Assembly: GCA_963699755.1 (NCBI GenBank)
Contig: CAVOVB010000001.1
Span: forward strand, 1,824,001-1,888,000
Direction: 5' to 3'
Length of the DNA stretch: 64,000 nt
Source: an uncultured delta proteobacterium
GTDB taxonomy: Bacteria > Myxococcota_A > Polyangia > Polyangiales > Houyiibacteriaceae
Shown: piece after piece, positions 50,305 to 62,437 of the stretch
Layout: each line of letters starts with the position of its first letter
How positions within the stretch are numbered: the first letter of the stretch is position 1
Program-made: the position numbers and the translations under genes
Notes under the pieces: model-generated
The model's database searches: none
Told to the model about the DNA's origin: nothing
Seen by the model: the letters and a program-made list of their open reading frames with translations, nothing else

Positions 50305-51324
50305 ATGCGTAAATCTATTTTTTCTTGGGGTGCTGCTCTCCGGCCATCGTTGGCCATCGTCGGCCCGGCGGTTGCCGAAGACCCAAGAGTTCATCATGGA
50401 GGTCGGCACCGTGGCTCCCAAGGGAAGCCCCTGGGCCGAACAGCTTCAACGCTTCAAGGCTGAGGTCCAGGAAAGGACGAACGGTCGGTTGAAAGTGAAG
50501 CTTCGGCTCGGACGAGGCAACGAACGGTCGATGGCGCGCAGGGTTCAGATGGGAAGCATGCAAGCGTTTGCAGGCTCCGTCGGCGGCATGAGCTCGATCG
50601 TTCGAGAGGTCAATGTCATCGAGGCGCCCTACGTTTTCGAGACCTTTGCGAGCGCGGACAAGGCCCTCGGATACGCCCGAGGTCACCGAGCAGGTCAAGA
50701 AGGTCCTTGCAAGCGAGGGTTGATTTTCGGTATATGGGCTGAGAACGGATACCGGTCCTACTTCAGCAACCAGAAGATCCGCAAACCAAGCGACATGGCC
50801 GGGATTCGCTTCCGTTCACAAGAGTCAATGGTGCACGTCGAAACCTACGAGGCCTTCGGCGCGGACTCCGGTTCCCATCGACAACGGCAATACCCTGACT
50901 GAGCGTGCAGACCGGGTCGTGGACGGTTTCGACAACACGCCGCTCTTTGCGATGGCGGCTAGCTGGTATCAGGGCCTCAAGGAAGGCCAGCGCCACATCT
51001 TTCTCAGCCGCCATTGCTACCAGCCCGCGCTCCTCGTTTACTCCAAGAAGTGGTTCGACACCCTTCCAAAGGAAATCCAGGAAGTGATCACGATGCCTCA
51101 CGACCTCACCGTCTGGGGGCGAAACCAGGTCCGAAGGTCTGAAAATCCTGTCTTGCTCAAGAACCTGGAGCGCTATGGGTACGAATCTGACCGATCCCAC
51201 GGCAGGGTAAGAGCTGGCTTAGCCTTCAAAGGCCTGAAGCAGAAGGGCGTCCCGGACCGCATCGCGAAAGAGATGGGGCCCGAGGGGGTTGCACTCTTGA
51301 AGGCTATTCCGTCAGACATTCTGA
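50305..51324 (+). CDS. dctP: Second TRAP substrate-binding protein DctP (multiple frameshifts)
   Basis: GTVAPKGSPW, ENGYR, KPSDMAGIRFRSQES, QTGVVDGFDNT, HCYQP. Confidence 0.72.
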
Positions 51325-51333
51325 GCGTCGCCC

Positions 51334-52193
51334 ATGAAACCACACGTTCTTCACGGCAAGAACATCGCCGTTTCGACTCATCCTCTAAAAGCGCGGCAGG
51401 TGCTCGGCAAGTACCGGATTCGCCGCCGAATGGAGCCGGTGCGTTTGCGACGGTGTACGAGGCGTACGACACGATCGAGGGCATCCCCATTGCGCTCAAA
51501 GTTCCGAACCTCGATCAGCTCGACAAGGAATCGCTGAACAGTATCCAACGCGAGGTCCGTCTCACGGCGCGCCTGGACCACGAGAACATCTTGCCGCTCC
51601 GCAACGCCATGATGATCGACGGGCACTTCGTGATTGCAACTCCGCTGGCCAGCAGACACTGACCGACCGCTTGCACTACCGCCTTGGTCCGAAACCGCGC
51701 TTTCGTACACCGAGCAGCTGGTCGATGCCCTCGCGTACGCGCACGAGGTTCGAGTCATTCACTGCGACATCAAGCCTGACAACGTCATCCTCTTTCCGGA
51801 GGGGCACGTTCGCTTGGCTGATTTCGGCATCGCGAAAGTCGCGCTTCGGACGCGAACGATCATGGGCTCCGGGCAGGGCACCGTCGGCTACATCGCGCCC
51901 GAGCAAGCGATGGGCAAGCCGTCGTTTCGTTCGGATGTGTTCTCGATGGGCCTGCTAATCTATCGCATGTTTGCCGGCGAGCTCCCCGCCTGGCCGTTTG
52001 ATTGGCCGCTGCCGGGTGCCGAACGGCTTCGCCGCACCGTCAGCCGGGATTTCATCGGGTTTCTTCGCCGCGCGATCGAGGTCCGGGAACGCAAACGATT
52101 TTCGGGATGGCGTACAGATGCAGAGGGCGCGTTCAAGCGGTCGCGCCCAAGGCCCTTCGAAAGAGCACGCGCAGCAAGAGAGCGTCACTGTGA
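51334..52193 (+). CDS. Hanks-type Ser/Thr protein kinase (frameshifted)
   Basis: GAFATVY, IALK, HCDIKPDN, LADFG, GTVGYIAPE, SDVFS. Confidence 0.85.
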
Positions 52194-52996
52194 GCAAAGC
52201 CCACATCTTCGCAGATGTGGACATGGAGCGGGGACAGCGCTTCGAGCTTGGCGGCTGCGAGGCGGTCGTGCGCAGCATTCGGAAACCAGGACGGGAAGGG
52301 CCGAACGAAGACGCTGCGGGCTTGATCTCATTCGGCGAGGAGGCCGCTGTAGCGGTGGTGTCCGATGGCGCCGGTGGCCATCCTCGCGGTGCCGAGGCAG
52401 CGAAGCTTGCGGTGCAAGCGGTCTGTGAATCGGTGGCGGAGCTGGGCGCAGAGATCGCGAATCTGCGCGGGGCGATCATCAATGGCTTCGAATCCGCGGA
52501 CGGTGCGATTTCCGCGCTTGGAACCGGCGCGGCGGCCACCCTCGCGGTCGTCGAAGTGCAGGGACATAAGATGCGCTCCTATCATGCGGGCGATTCGATG
52601 GTGCTGGTGACCGGACAACGCGGACGCATCAAGTGGCAGACGATCCCGCACTCTCCGGTTGGCTATGCCGTCGAGGCGGGGTTGTTGGATGCAGGAGAGG
52701 CACTGCACCACGAAGACCTGCACATCGTGTCCAACCTCTTGGGCACGAAAGACATGCGAATCGAGCTGGGTGCCACACTTACTCTGGCGCGGCGTGATAC
52801 GGTCGTTTTGGCCAGCGACGGGCTCAGCGACAACCTTCACCTCGACGAGATCGTGGAGCAGGTCCGTAAGGGGCCGCTCGTGAGGGCCGTCGACGACTTG
52901 GCTGCCCTCGGGCGTCGACGCATGGAGGCGCCGTCCGACGGGTTTCCCTCGAAGCCTGACGACCTCACGTTCATCGCGATTCGCCGCCGTCGCTGA
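52190..52996 (+). CDS. PP2C-family protein phosphatase
   Basis: NED, VSDGAGGH, HAGDS, LASDGL, DDLT. Confidence 0.88.
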   Translation: MSKAHIFADVDMERGQRFELGGCEAVVRSIRKPGREGPNEDAAGLISFGEEAAVAVVSDGAGGHPRGAEAAKLAVQAVCESVAELGAEIANLRGAIINGFESADGAISALGTGAAATLAVVEVQGHKMRSYHAGDSMVLVTGQRGRIKWQTIPHSPVGYAVEAGLLDAGEALHHEDLHIVSNLLGTKDMRIELGATLTLARRDTVVLASDGLSDNLHLDEIVEQVRKGPLVRAVDDLAALGRRRMEAPSDGFPSKPDDLTFIAIRRRR

Positions 52997-53106
52997 CCCC
53001 GTGAAGCGACTTCGTCGCCACGGGGCGACCAATGCCCGTGGACGACGTACAGCATCGACAATGTCGGGTCGCGCTGATGGTGGCACTTGGTGGTATGGTT
53101 CACGCC

Positions 53107-54400
53107 ATGCTGTCTCGGCTTGGTGAGGTTTTCAGCCGATGGGCCGAACGCTGGGTTCCCGACCCATTCGTGCTCGCACTCGCACTGACCATGATTGCGC
53201 TCCTCGGAGGCTTCGCGCTCTCGGGGTCCGTCGCCGGTGCTTCAGGGCTGGTACGGCGGCTTCTCGAGCACGCCGCTGCTCGCCTTTGCCCTGCAGATGT
53301 GCCTCATCTTGGTGACCGGTCAGGCCTTGGCGGCGAGCCCGCCTGTGCAGAGGCTGGTCCGAGCGGTCGCGCGCGTGCCCAAGCGGACGCCGGAGGCCGC
53401 TGGTTTGGTCGCGCTCATCGCCTGCCTGACCGGTCTCATCCAGTGGGGGCTAGGGGCGGTCGTCGCGGCATTCGTGGTTCGGGAGATCGCCTACAGCGCT
53501 GCGCAAGACGAGCGGCCGATGGACATTCCGGTGCTCGGTGCTGCTGCGTACACGGGGCTCGCGGTCTGGCACGGCGGGCTCAGCGGTTCGGCTCCCTTGA
53601 AGGCCGCGGAGTCGGCGCAGTTCACGCAGGCTGCGACGCAGGCGATCCCCGTGAGCGAAACGCTCTTCTCACCGCTGAATCTCGCCGTCAGTGGCGGCTT
53701 GCTGATTTTGTTGCCACTCCTATGCGTCGCGCTCGCGCCCAGGGCCGCATTGGTTCCCGAGGTCCCAGCTCTGCGCGCCGCCGCATCGCAGCGGGGTAAG
53801 CGCTCGGCTCTGGGGCTGATCGTCGGCGGCGCAGCCGTTCTCCTGGTCGGCTACGGCTGGTTCCGAGGAGAGGTGGCGTTCGATCTCAACTCCGTGAATC
53901 TCTTTTTCCTGGCGCTTGCGCTTGCCGCACATGGCTCGATTCGGAGTTTTATTGATTCGGTCTCGGACGGGGCGCGCGGCGCGGGCGCCATCATTGTTCA
54001 GTTCCCTTTGTATTTCGGCATCCTCGGCGTCATGCAGGCGAGCGGAATGATCGAGCGGCTCTCGTCGGCCATGGCTTCCGTCGCATCCCACAGTACCTTT
54101 CCCCTGCTGACCTTCCTCAGCGCGGGCCTGGTGAATTTCTTCGTGCCCTCGGGCGGAGGCCAGTGGGCGCTTCAAAGCGACGTTCTGCTCAGCACGACCG
54201 CCGTCCTCGATCTCGATTCGGGGCGCACGGTCATGGCCTTTGCCTACGGCGACGAGTGGACGAACCTCCTGCAGCCGTTTTGGGCCCTGCCGCTGCTTGC
54301 CATCACCGGCCTCAAGGCTCGCCAGATCGCTGGCTACACCGCCGTCTTGGCGATCGGCATGGGGCTTTACGTCGGCGTCGTTCTTTTGCTGTTCGGCTAG
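53107..54400 (+). CDS. atoE: Short-chain fatty acid transporter AtoE (frameshift ~53235)
   Basis: [50 protein letters not shown]. Confidence 0.88.
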
Positions 54401-55044
54401 AGACCCGCCGCAACCCTGTACGCCGCTTCGGTGCTTTCCGCAATTTGCTCGAGCGTGGCGCCGTCGCCCAGCTCGACCAACGTCATGCCACCGCCGCCCT
54501 TCTTGTCGATCTCGAACACACCGAGGTCGGTGATGAGCAAGTCGACCACGTGGGTGCCGGTTAGTGGCAGGGTGCAGCGCTTCAAGAGCTTGGGCTTGCC
54601 CTTGGCCGTGTGTTCCATCACCACGACGACGCGAGGAACGCCTGCGACCAAGTCCATGGCTCCACCCATCCCCTTGACCATTTTGCCGGGGATCATCCAG
54701 TTCGCGAGGTCGCCGTTTTCCGCAACCTGCATCGCCCCCAGGATGGAAAGATCGATGTGCCCGCCGCGAATCATGGCAAACGACTCGGCGCTCGAGAAGA
54801 AGCTCGTCGTGGGCAGCTCGGTCACCGTCTGCTTACCGGCGTTGATCAAGTCCGCGTCCTCATCGCCTTCGTAAGGGAACGGGCCCATCCCGAGCATGCC
54901 GTTTTCGCTTTGCAGCTGGACGGTCATCCCGGCTGGAATGTGGTTCGAGACGAGGGTCGGTATGCCGATTCCGAGATTCACATAAAAGCCGTCGCGAAGC
55001 TCTCGCGCGGCACGTGCAGCCATTTGTTCACGGTTCCAAGCCAT
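54397..55044 (-). CDS. scoB: 3-oxoacid CoA-transferase subunit B
   Basis: [14 protein letters not shown] (catalytic Glu), [13 protein letters not shown]. Confidence 0.93.
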   Translation of the reverse strand: MAWNREQMAARAARELRDGFYVNLGIGIPTLVSNHIPAGMTVQLQSENGMLGMGPFPYEGDEDADLINAGKQTVTELPTTSFFSSAESFAMIRGGHIDLSILGAMQVAENGDLANWMIPGKMVKGMGGAMDLVAGVPRVVVVMEHTAKGKPKLLKRCTLPLTGTHVVDLLITDLGVFEIDKKGGGGMTLVELGDGATLEQIAESTEAAYRVAAGL

Positions 55045-55054
55045 CGTCTTCTCC

Positions 55055-55759
55055 TCAGGCGCGCGGGCGCGTGGTCCGTTGCTCGATGTGCTTCGAGGGG
55101 TTTGGGTAGTGAACGATGCGATCGACGTAGATGCCCGGGGTCATGATCTGATCGGGCTCCAACTCGCCGGCCTCGACGAGATGCTCGACCTCGGCGACGG
55201 TCACTTTGCCCGCCGTGGCCATCATCGGGTTGAAGTTCCGCGCAGTCTTTCGGTAGATTAGATTCCCCTCCGTATCACCCTTCCACGCATGCACGATTGC
55301 CAGGTCGGCGACCAGCCCCCGCTCCATCACGTACGGCTCGCCGTCGAACTCGCGGACCTCTTTGCCCTCGGCGACCGAGGTCCCGACACCGGTCCTGGTG
55401 AAAAACGCCGGAATCCCAGCGCCACCCGCGCGAATTCGCTCGGCCAAGGTGCCTTGTGGGTTGAACTCGACCGTCAGATCGCCATCGAGGAACTGTTTCG
55501 CGAAGAGCTTGTTTTCACCCACATACGACGAGACCATCTTCACGATCTGACGCGTTTCCAACATCACTCCGAGACCGACGCCATCGACGCCAGCGTTGTT
55601 CGAGATCACCGTCAGGCCTTTCACACCGGACTTCGCAACGGCTTCGATCAGTGCCTCGGGTATACCGCACAGGCCGAAACCACCGGACATCAAGGTCATG
55701 TTGTTGCTGAGCAGCCCATCGAGGGCGGAGGTCGCGTCTGGGTACACCTTCTTGGCCAT
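55055..55759 (-). CDS. scoA: 3-oxoacid CoA-transferase subunit A
   Basis: [42 protein letters not shown]. Confidence 0.93.
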   Translation of the reverse strand: MAKKVYPDATSALDGLLSNNMTLMSGGFGLCGIPEALIEAVAKSGVKGLTVISNNAGVDGVGLGVMLETRQIVKMVSSYVGENKLFAKQFLDGDLTVEFNPQGTLAERIRAGGAGIPAFFTRTGVGTSVAEGKEVREFDGEPYVMERGLVADLAIVHAWKGDTEGNLIYRKTARNFNPMMATAGKVTVAEVEHLVEAGELEPDQIMTPGIYVDRIVHYPNPSKHIEQRTTRPRA

Positions 55760-55803
55760 GGCTGGTCTTTACCTCCGGCTTCCGCGGCTGACAATCTCGA
55801 ACC

Positions 55804-56661
55804 CTAGTTGAAGCCCAGCATCTCTCTGGCTTCCGTCGGCGATGCGACCTCTCTGCCAGCATTGCGCGCACACTGGGCCAGCGCTTCGATCAGCTGTCCG
55901 TTGCCCGTCGTTTTGTCACCGTTCGGCAGGTAGAAAGTGTCCTCGACGCCAGTTCGGAGCATGCCTCCGAGCTCGGCGGCCCGTTGGTGCGTTTCCCAGA
56001 TGTCTTCGCGGCCGATGAGCGTCGCTTGCCAGTGGGCGTCGCCGCTCTTGTACTTCATGAGGAGCTCGAGCAGCTCTGGATCACAAGGCATCCCCGATGC
56101 GACACCCATCACGAAGTTGTAATGCATCTCCTTGGCCATCCCGGCCCTGAGATAGAGTCCGACCGAACGCACGATTCCAACGTCGAAGCACTCCATCTCT
56201 GCGGTGGTGTGCGTCTCTTTCATCGCGTCCAGCATCTTTTGGACCTTGTCGACGCTGTTGAGAAACACCATCGGAGGCCAGGCCCAGGTGTTGTCCCTCT
56301 TGAGCTTCAGGTAGTTGAGGCTGCCCGCGTTGCAGGCGGCGATCTCTGGCTTGATTCGATGAAGGCAGGCGATCGGCCCAGAGACATCCTCGTCGATCAC
56401 GCCCGTTGTCTGATTGATGATGATGCCAGGGCAGGCCTGGCGGATCGCATCGCTCGCAGCCGCTGCAACCCCCGGATCCCAGGACGGAAAGTGCCCCATG
56501 CCCGGCTCCTGACGGCGAAAATGGATGTGCACGATCGAGGCGCCCGCGTTGTAAGCATCCCGCGCCGATGTGGCCATTTCTTCGGGAGTGACGGGAACAG
56601 GATGCTGTTTCGGGTTGGTGAGCACGCCGTTCAGCGCACAGGTGATGATCGCCTTGTCCAT
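55804..56661 (-). CDS. Beta-keto acid cleavage enzyme (BKACE/Kce, DUF849)
   Basis: IITCAL.G, PVTPEE, AGASIVHIH, ECFD, RTGVED. Confidence 0.88.
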   Translation of the reverse strand: MDKAIITCALNGVLTNPKQHPVPVTPEEMATSARDAYNAGASIVHIHFRRQEPGMGHFPSWDPGVAAAASDAIRQACPGIIINQTTGVIDEDVSGPIACLHRIKPEIAACNAGSLNYLKLKRDNTWAWPPMVFLNSVDKVQKMLDAMKETHTTAEMECFDVGIVRSVGLYLRAGMAKEMHYNFVMGVASGMPCDPELLELLMKYKSGDAHWQATLIGREDIWETHQRAAELGGMLRTGVEDTFYLPNGDKTTGNGQLIEALAQCARNAGREVASPTEAREMLGFN

Positions 56662-56706
56662 CTCCGTCCTCCGGCTTCGAGAGATTCAGCGCATTACTAG
56701 TCTAGG

Positions 56707-56722
56707 TTTACGTAAACGTCAA
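56707..56722. promoter_or_regulatory. LiuR-type operator
   Basis: TTTACGTAAACGTCAA quasi-palindrome between the divergent BKACE and MerR genes. Confidence 0.72.
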
Positions 56723-56786
56723 GCTGCGCCCAGCGACGTAAGTCATCTGTTGATACAGCAAGCCCGTCGCGCTATGCTCCGTGCCG

Positions 56787-57248
56787 ATGGCCTCGGCTTC
56801 GAAGACGACTGCTCGGAACGACACGGTAAAGGCGTTCGTCGAGGCCCACGGGGAGGGTCAGACGCCGGAATTGTTCTCGATTTCGGACCTCGCAGACGAG
56901 TTTGCGATCAGCCATCGTGCGATCCGTTTCTACGAGTCCAAAGGCTTGCTTTCACCAAAGCGGCTGAACGGCGCTCGAATCTACGCGCGTCGCGATCGTG
57001 CGCGCCTGCACATCATCGTTCGCGCGAAGTCGCTCGGCTATACGCTCGAGGAGACCAAGGACTACCTCGACCTCTATGGCCAACAGGGTGAGGGCCGCCT
57101 GAAGCAACTCGAGATTTCGGCGGCTCGAAGCGCAGAGATGATCGCCGAGCTCGAGGACAAGAAGCAGCAGATCGACGAGAAGATTGAAGAGCTGCGGCTC
57201 ATCAACAACGTGTGCCGCCGAAAGATTGCCGAGAAGAAGTCGCGCTGA
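56787..57248 (+). CDS. liuR: MerR-family regulator, LiuR-like
   Basis: FSISDLADEF.ISHRAIRFYE.KGLL.P.R..RIY..RDRARL, LGYTLEE. Confidence 0.78.
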   Translation: MASASKTTARNDTVKAFVEAHGEGQTPELFSISDLADEFAISHRAIRFYESKGLLSPKRLNGARIYARRDRARLHIIVRAKSLGYTLEETKDYLDLYGQQGEGRLKQLEISAARSAEMIAELEDKKQQIDEKIEELRLINNVCRRKIAEKKSR

Positions 57249-57251
57249 GCC

Positions 57252-59036
57252 CTAGAACCAGTCCTGTTCCGCCCGGATGTAAGAGTCCTCGTTGGAGCGG
57301 CAGAGCTCTGCGAGCAGTGGGATGCGTGGGACCTCAGTCCGGATCCAATACTGCGCCGCTGCGTCGGTCCCATGTCTGCGCTTCTCGGAAATAGGCGCGG
57401 TACGCGCCGAAGCGGCCATCTTGAGCCATTGCCAGCCGATGACGAGGGTTGCGAACATGTCGAGGTAGTCCCAGCTGTGGCCGAGCATGCCGTCCGCATC
57501 TCCGGCCATGCCGCGCTGGCCGAGCTCCATGGTGATGGCGCCGACCGTGGCGACCGCGTCTTCGAGGGGTGAACAAAGCGCCGGATCGCAGCCCGCTTCC
57601 CGCGCACGAGCAATCGTAAGGCCGATCTCCTCGGCCAACGCCCGCAGCGGGGCACCGCCTTTGGACATGACCTGCCGGCCGAGCAGATCCATGCTTTGGA
57701 TCCCATTGGTTCCTTCATGAATCGTGTTCAGCTTCTGATCACGCATGTAGGCTTCGGGAAGGTATTCGCTCGTGTAGCCGTAGCCGCCGTGGATTTGAAC
57801 AGAGAGCACATTGGATTCGAAGCCTCGCTCGGCGGGAAAGGTCTTCGCAACTGGGGTGAGCAAGTTGAGCAACAGACCAGCGCGCTCCCGGTCCTCTTCC
57901 GATGCGCCATGCGCAGCGACGTCCGCGTAGCGGGAGACGGTGCCTAGCAAGGCCAGGCTGCCCTCGATGATTGCTTTTTGGCGCAACAGCATCCGACGAA
58001 CGTCGGCGTGCTCGACGATCGATACCTGTTCGCCGTCGCGCCGGCCCGGCGTGCGCCCCTGCTTGCGGTCGAGCGCGTACAGTCGCGACTCGTGATATGC
58101 AGCCGAAGCCGTAGCAAAGCCGTTGACGCCCACCATGATGCGGGCCTCGTTCATCATCTGAAACATGCAGCGAAGGCCTTGATTGGGTTCTCCGACGAGC
58201 CAGCCCCTGCAGTCGCCTTCGTCGCCGAACTCCAACGCCAGGCTTGGAAGTCCCCGCCAACCGATCTTGTGAATCATGCCGGCCACCGTCACGTCGTTGG
58301 AGACGAGGCGACCGTCTTCTTCACGAAGCCTCGGGATTGCGAACAAGGAAATCCCCTTGGTCCCCTCGGGCGCGCCTTTGATTCGGGCCAGGGTGAGGTT
58401 GACGACGTTGTCGGTGATGCCGTGATCCGCACCGGAGATGAAGATCTTACTGCCCTTGATCAGGTAGTGACCGTCGTTCGTAGGCGTTGCCGTCGTGTTG
58501 ATGTCGCCGAGGCTGCTTCCGGCCTGTGGCTCGGTGAGGGCCATTGTCCCGGTCCACTCACCTTCATACATGCGCGCCAAGAAGAGCTCTTTGACCTCAT
58601 CGGAACCAAAGGCTTCGATCAAATGCCCCGCCCCCAAGGTCAGACCGATGTAACCGTACGCGCTCAGGTTGGCCGCCATGAGGTACGCGCTCGCCATCCA
58701 GTGGATCAGCATGGGCATCTGCTGACCACCGAGCGATTCGGGGCGGGTCGCGGTGAGCACCCCTAGGTCGATCATCTTTTCGTAGAGCTCGGGAAGTGCG
58801 GGATGGGTACGGATTCGCCCGTCGCGAAACACCGGAGGCTCTTCATCCATCGGCTTGTATGTAGGCAGGAGGTCCTGACGCGAGAATCGCCGGACGCTGT
58901 CGATGTAGAGGTCGAACGTCTCCTTGGAGTGCTGCCGATAGGCTTCGAGCTCGCAGAGCGACTCGGCGTCGAGCACCGAGTAGAGAAGAAAATCGACGAG
59001 ACCATCGTCGATCAGGGGATTGCTTTGTGTTGCCAT
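57252..59036 (-). CDS. Acyl-CoA dehydrogenase (long type)
   Basis: [47 protein letters not shown]. Confidence 0.92.
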   Translation of the reverse strand: MATQSNPLIDDGLVDFLLYSVLDAESLCELEAYRQHSKETFDLYIDSVRRFSRQDLLPTYKPMDEEPPVFRDGRIRTHPALPELYEKMIDLGVLTATRPESLGGQQMPMLIHWMASAYLMAANLSAYGYIGLTLGAGHLIEAFGSDEVKELFLARMYEGEWTGTMALTEPQAGSSLGDINTTATPTNDGHYLIKGSKIFISGADHGITDNVVNLTLARIKGAPEGTKGISLFAIPRLREEDGRLVSNDVTVAGMIHKIGWRGLPSLALEFGDEGDCRGWLVGEPNQGLRCMFQMMNEARIMVGVNGFATASAAYHESRLYALDRKQGRTPGRRDGEQVSIVEHADVRRMLLRQKAIIEGSLALLGTVSRYADVAAHGASEEDRERAGLLLNLLTPVAKTFPAERGFESNVLSVQIHGGYGYTSEYLPEAYMRDQKLNTIHEGTNGIQSMDLLGRQVMSKGGAPLRALAEEIGLTIARAREAGCDPALCSPLEDAVATVGAITMELGQRGMAGDADGMLGHSWDYLDMFATLVIGWQWLKMAASARTAPISEKRRHGTDAAAQYWIRTEVPRIPLLAELCRSNEDSYIRAEQDWF

Positions 59037-59129
59037 GTGCTTCGGCTTCCTCAGTTCGGCGAAACCTAGCACCGGAACTGCATACTTCCCGCGTGAATTG
59101 TCTCGACGCATGCGGTATCAACCCCAACT

Positions 59130-60337
59130 ATGGATTTCACGCATTCCGAGCGGGCTCAAAACGTGATGGCGCAGGCGGAGCGTTTCGTCCGCGAGCGCGT
59201 CGTGCCCAACGAGCAGACCTATCTCGACCAGCTCGTCGGCACCGACGATTGGCGAGACTGGAAGATTCCCCCAATCGTCGAAGAGCTAAAAGCCGAAGCA
59301 AAAGAGCTCGGGCTTTGGAACCTCTTCTTGCCCGACGAGGAGTACGGTGCCGGCCTGGACAACCGCGACTACGCGCCCGTCGCCGAGATCACTGGGCGAA
59401 GCTTTCTGGCGCCGGAGGTGTTCAACTGCAGCGCGCCCGATACTGGCAACGCCGAGGTCCTGGTGAAGTACGGTTCTGACGAGCAGAAGAAACGGTGGCT
59501 CGAGCCGCTCCTCGATGGGAAAATCCGTTCCGCCTTTGCCATGACAGAACCGGCAGTCGCATCGAGCGATGCGACCAACATGCAAGCCACTTGCGAGGTC
59601 GTTGGTGACGAAGTCGTGCTCAACGGCCAAAAGTGGTGGACGAGTGGGGCCGGTGATCCCCGCTGCGGCTTTTACATTTTCATGGGCGTCACCGATGCAA
59701 ATGCCAGCCGCCACGAACGTCATTCGATGGTGCTGGTGCCCGCCGACGCCAAGGGTGTGAAGGTTCTGCGAATGTTGCCCGTGTTCGGTCACCTCGATGA
59801 GCCACACGGGCACGCCGAGGTCCTTTTCGACGACGTGCGTCTTCCGGTGAGCGCCATCGTCGCAGGGCCGGGCCGTGGCTTCGAAATCGCCCAAGGCCGC
59901 CTCGGGCCTGGACGCATCCATCACTGCATGCGGGCGATCGGCGCGGCGGAGCGAGCCCTCGAGCGCCTCTGCCAGCGCGCCGTGCTTCGGGTCGCTTCGG
60001 CAAGCCGCTTTCGAACCTCGGCGGCAACCGAGACATCATTGCGAACAGCCGCATGGCGATCGACCAGGCCCGTCTACTGACGATGAAGGCCGCCTGGGCG
60101 CTCGACACGATGGGCACCTTCGGCGCCTTGGTCGACATCTCCGCCATCAAAGTCATCGCGCCCAATGTGCTGCAGTCGGTGGTCGATGCGGCGATTCAGA
60201 TCCATGGCGGTGAGGGTATGTCCGACCTCGAGCTCACGCGCCTGCTGGCGATGGCGCGCGCTCTACGAATTGCCGACGGCCCGGATGAAGTGCACCGCGG
60301 CATGGTCGCGCGGCTCGAGCTCAAGAAGTACGTCTAG
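59130..60337 (+). CDS. Acyl-CoA dehydrogenase (FadE2/ACAD10-11-like), frameshift ~59995
   Basis: [37 protein letters not shown], then [17 protein letters not shown] in another frame. Confidence 0.9.
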
Positions 60338-60339
60338 GC

Positions 60340-61047
60340 TCAGCGAAAGAGCAAGCCCACGTACGGCGTGACCCACTGCTCGCGCTGAAAGAAAAAGCTA
60401 CCAGGCCCCGTCAGCGAGTATTTGACGCCGAGGTCGATGTAGCTTCCGCTCGCTACCCGGATCGCGAGGCCTATCTTCGCGGTCATGCCGGGAGTGAAGC
60501 GGAAGACTGCGATTCGTGCGCAGTAGTAGTAAATGTTGCCGGTGCAGACCACGTTCGTTTCCGCTACGCGCCACCAGTTCGCATCGAAGCTGATGCCCAG
60601 ATACGGCAGGAGAGGGGTGTTGTTTGGCACCTGAACGCGCACCTCGGGCGCGAGGTAGAGGCGGGTCATCGGCCGACGGTCAAAGCCCGGGTCGATGCCG
60701 GGGATGTTGTAGAAGTTGATCGGCGTCCACATTGCGCCGAGCCCGAGGCCGAAAACCACGTAGCCCATGTCGAAGCCGCCGAAGCCGTTCAGATCCACGC
60801 CCGGTCGGACCACGTCTCTGTCGGCGTTCAACCATATCGGGACCCCAAGGCTGAAAGAGCCCTGATAGCCCCGGTGCGAGGCTCGCTGCTCGACGGATGG
60901 CTGAGGCGGGTACTGTTCAACCGGGCGAGTCGTGTAGGGCGAAGTTTGAGAGGGCTCGTAGGACCAGGCTCCCTGCGCCGATGCCACCGAACCGAAAAGA
61001 AGCAGCGCCAGCGGCCCCAGAAGTGAAAAGAATCGCGTGTCGATCAT
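60340..61047 (-). CDS. Putative outer-membrane beta-barrel protein
   Basis: Signal peptide (..ASAQ), amphipathic strands, PYLG, C-terminal VTPYVGLLFR. Confidence 0.6.
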   Translation of the reverse strand: MIDTRFFSLLGPLALLLFGSVASAQGAWSYEPSQTSPYTTRPVEQYPPQPSVEQRASHRGYQGSFSLGVPIWLNADRDVVRPGVDLNGFGGFDMGYVVFGLGLGAMWTPINFYNIPGIDPGFDRRPMTRLYLAPEVRVQVPNNTPLLPYLGISFDANWWRVAETNVVCTGNIYYYCARIAVFRFTPGMTAKIGLAIRVASGSYIDLGVKYSLTGPGSFFFQREQWVTPYVGLLFR

Positions 61048-61256
61048 GTTTTGTTCATCCAGCGGGCGAGTTTGCGAACCAGAAATCGTGGGCTGAACCG
61101 CACGCTGAATGCAGTCAGCCAGTTCATCAGGCCCGTTTCTCTTTGGTCCATGCTTAGCTCCTTGGCGCTCGGATTCCTGCATGAGCATCCGCGAGTCCTG
61201 TGACACGTTACCGTGCTCCTCTCAAGACTCGATCCGGAAAAGCAACAGGAACATCC

Positions 61257-62437
61257 ATGGCTGAGTCACGACATCCCGATTGGGAGCCGATCACCGCGTA
61301 CGTCGCCGACATGTCGTATTTCAGCGGCAAGATGGAAGCGTACCTTCGCTACAAGGAGATTCCGTACGAGCGACGGGTCGTCGACATGAAGGTCATGCGC
61401 GACGAGATCCTCCCGGCGACCGGCCTCATGAAGGTGCCGGTGCTCCGCTTGGCCAACGGGCAGTGGCTCAAAGACACGACGCCGATGATCGACTGGCTCG
61501 AGTCGGCGTACCCGGAGTCACCGGTGATTCCCCGGTACCCGTCCTCCGCTTCATGTCGAAGCTGGTCGAAGATTACGCCGACGAATGGTGCTGGCGGGCG
61601 GCGCTCTATTGGCGCTGGCAGCCGGTCGAATCTCGAAAGCTTCTCATGCATCGCATTGGGCACGAGGTGCTCGCCGATTTCCCGGCGCCCAAGTGGCTCG
61701 CCGGCTGGTACTACGGGCGCCGACAGATGGCGACCTACTTGCGAGGGGACGGAGTGAGCCCCGAAACCGCGCCGCAGGTTAAGCGACAGTACCTCGACCT
61801 GCTCGACGCCATGAGCGAGCTTCTCGAGGAACAGCCGTATCTGCTCGGTAGCCATCCGACACTCGTCGACATCGGTTTGTTCGGGCCGATGTTTCGGCAC
61901 TACGCGCAGGACCCTACGCCGAGCCGCGTGATGGAAGAGCGAGCACCTGCGGTTTACGCATGGGTGGGCGGCTGTGGAACGCGCGGGCGCATCGACTTGG
62001 GCGAGAGCCCATCCTCAGCGATTTTTCACAGCCGGGTTGGGAATACTTCCTTCGCGAGATCGCGCAGAGCTACTGGCCTTTCCTCGTGCGGAACGCGCGC
62101 GCTTGGGCAGTCGGGGAAGCACGGGTCGACCACCAAGCGCACGGCGTCACCTATCGCAAGCTCAAGGTCGTTCACTATCGCGTCTATTGCCTCGAAGTTC
62201 TTCAAAACGAGTATCGGCGTCTCAGCGAGCCCAATCGGAAGGCGGTCGACGAATTGCTGCGGCCCTACGGCTCGATCGGAGCTCGTCGACGGGCTCGACT
62301 CGGGGCTCATCGAGGAGCATCAGTTGCCGCTGCGACCCAATCGCGTCCAGCCTTCCAGGCTCATGCGAATGAAGCTGGCGCTCATGGGCACTCCATGGGA
62401 CATGCCGGTCACACCGAAGGAAAGAGAGAAAGCATGA
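61257..62437 (+). CDS. Glutathione S-transferase-like protein (frameshifts ~61540, ~61968, ~62278)
   Basis: SYFSGKMEAYLRYK, KVP, DTTPMI, EDYADEW, YLLG..PTLVD. Confidence 0.78.

Noticed and set aside
59980..60010. Programmed ribosomal frameshifts in the acyl-CoA dehydrogenase and other split genes
   Set aside because: No slippery heptamers or stimulators seen; ordinary enzymes; pattern matches sequencing indels
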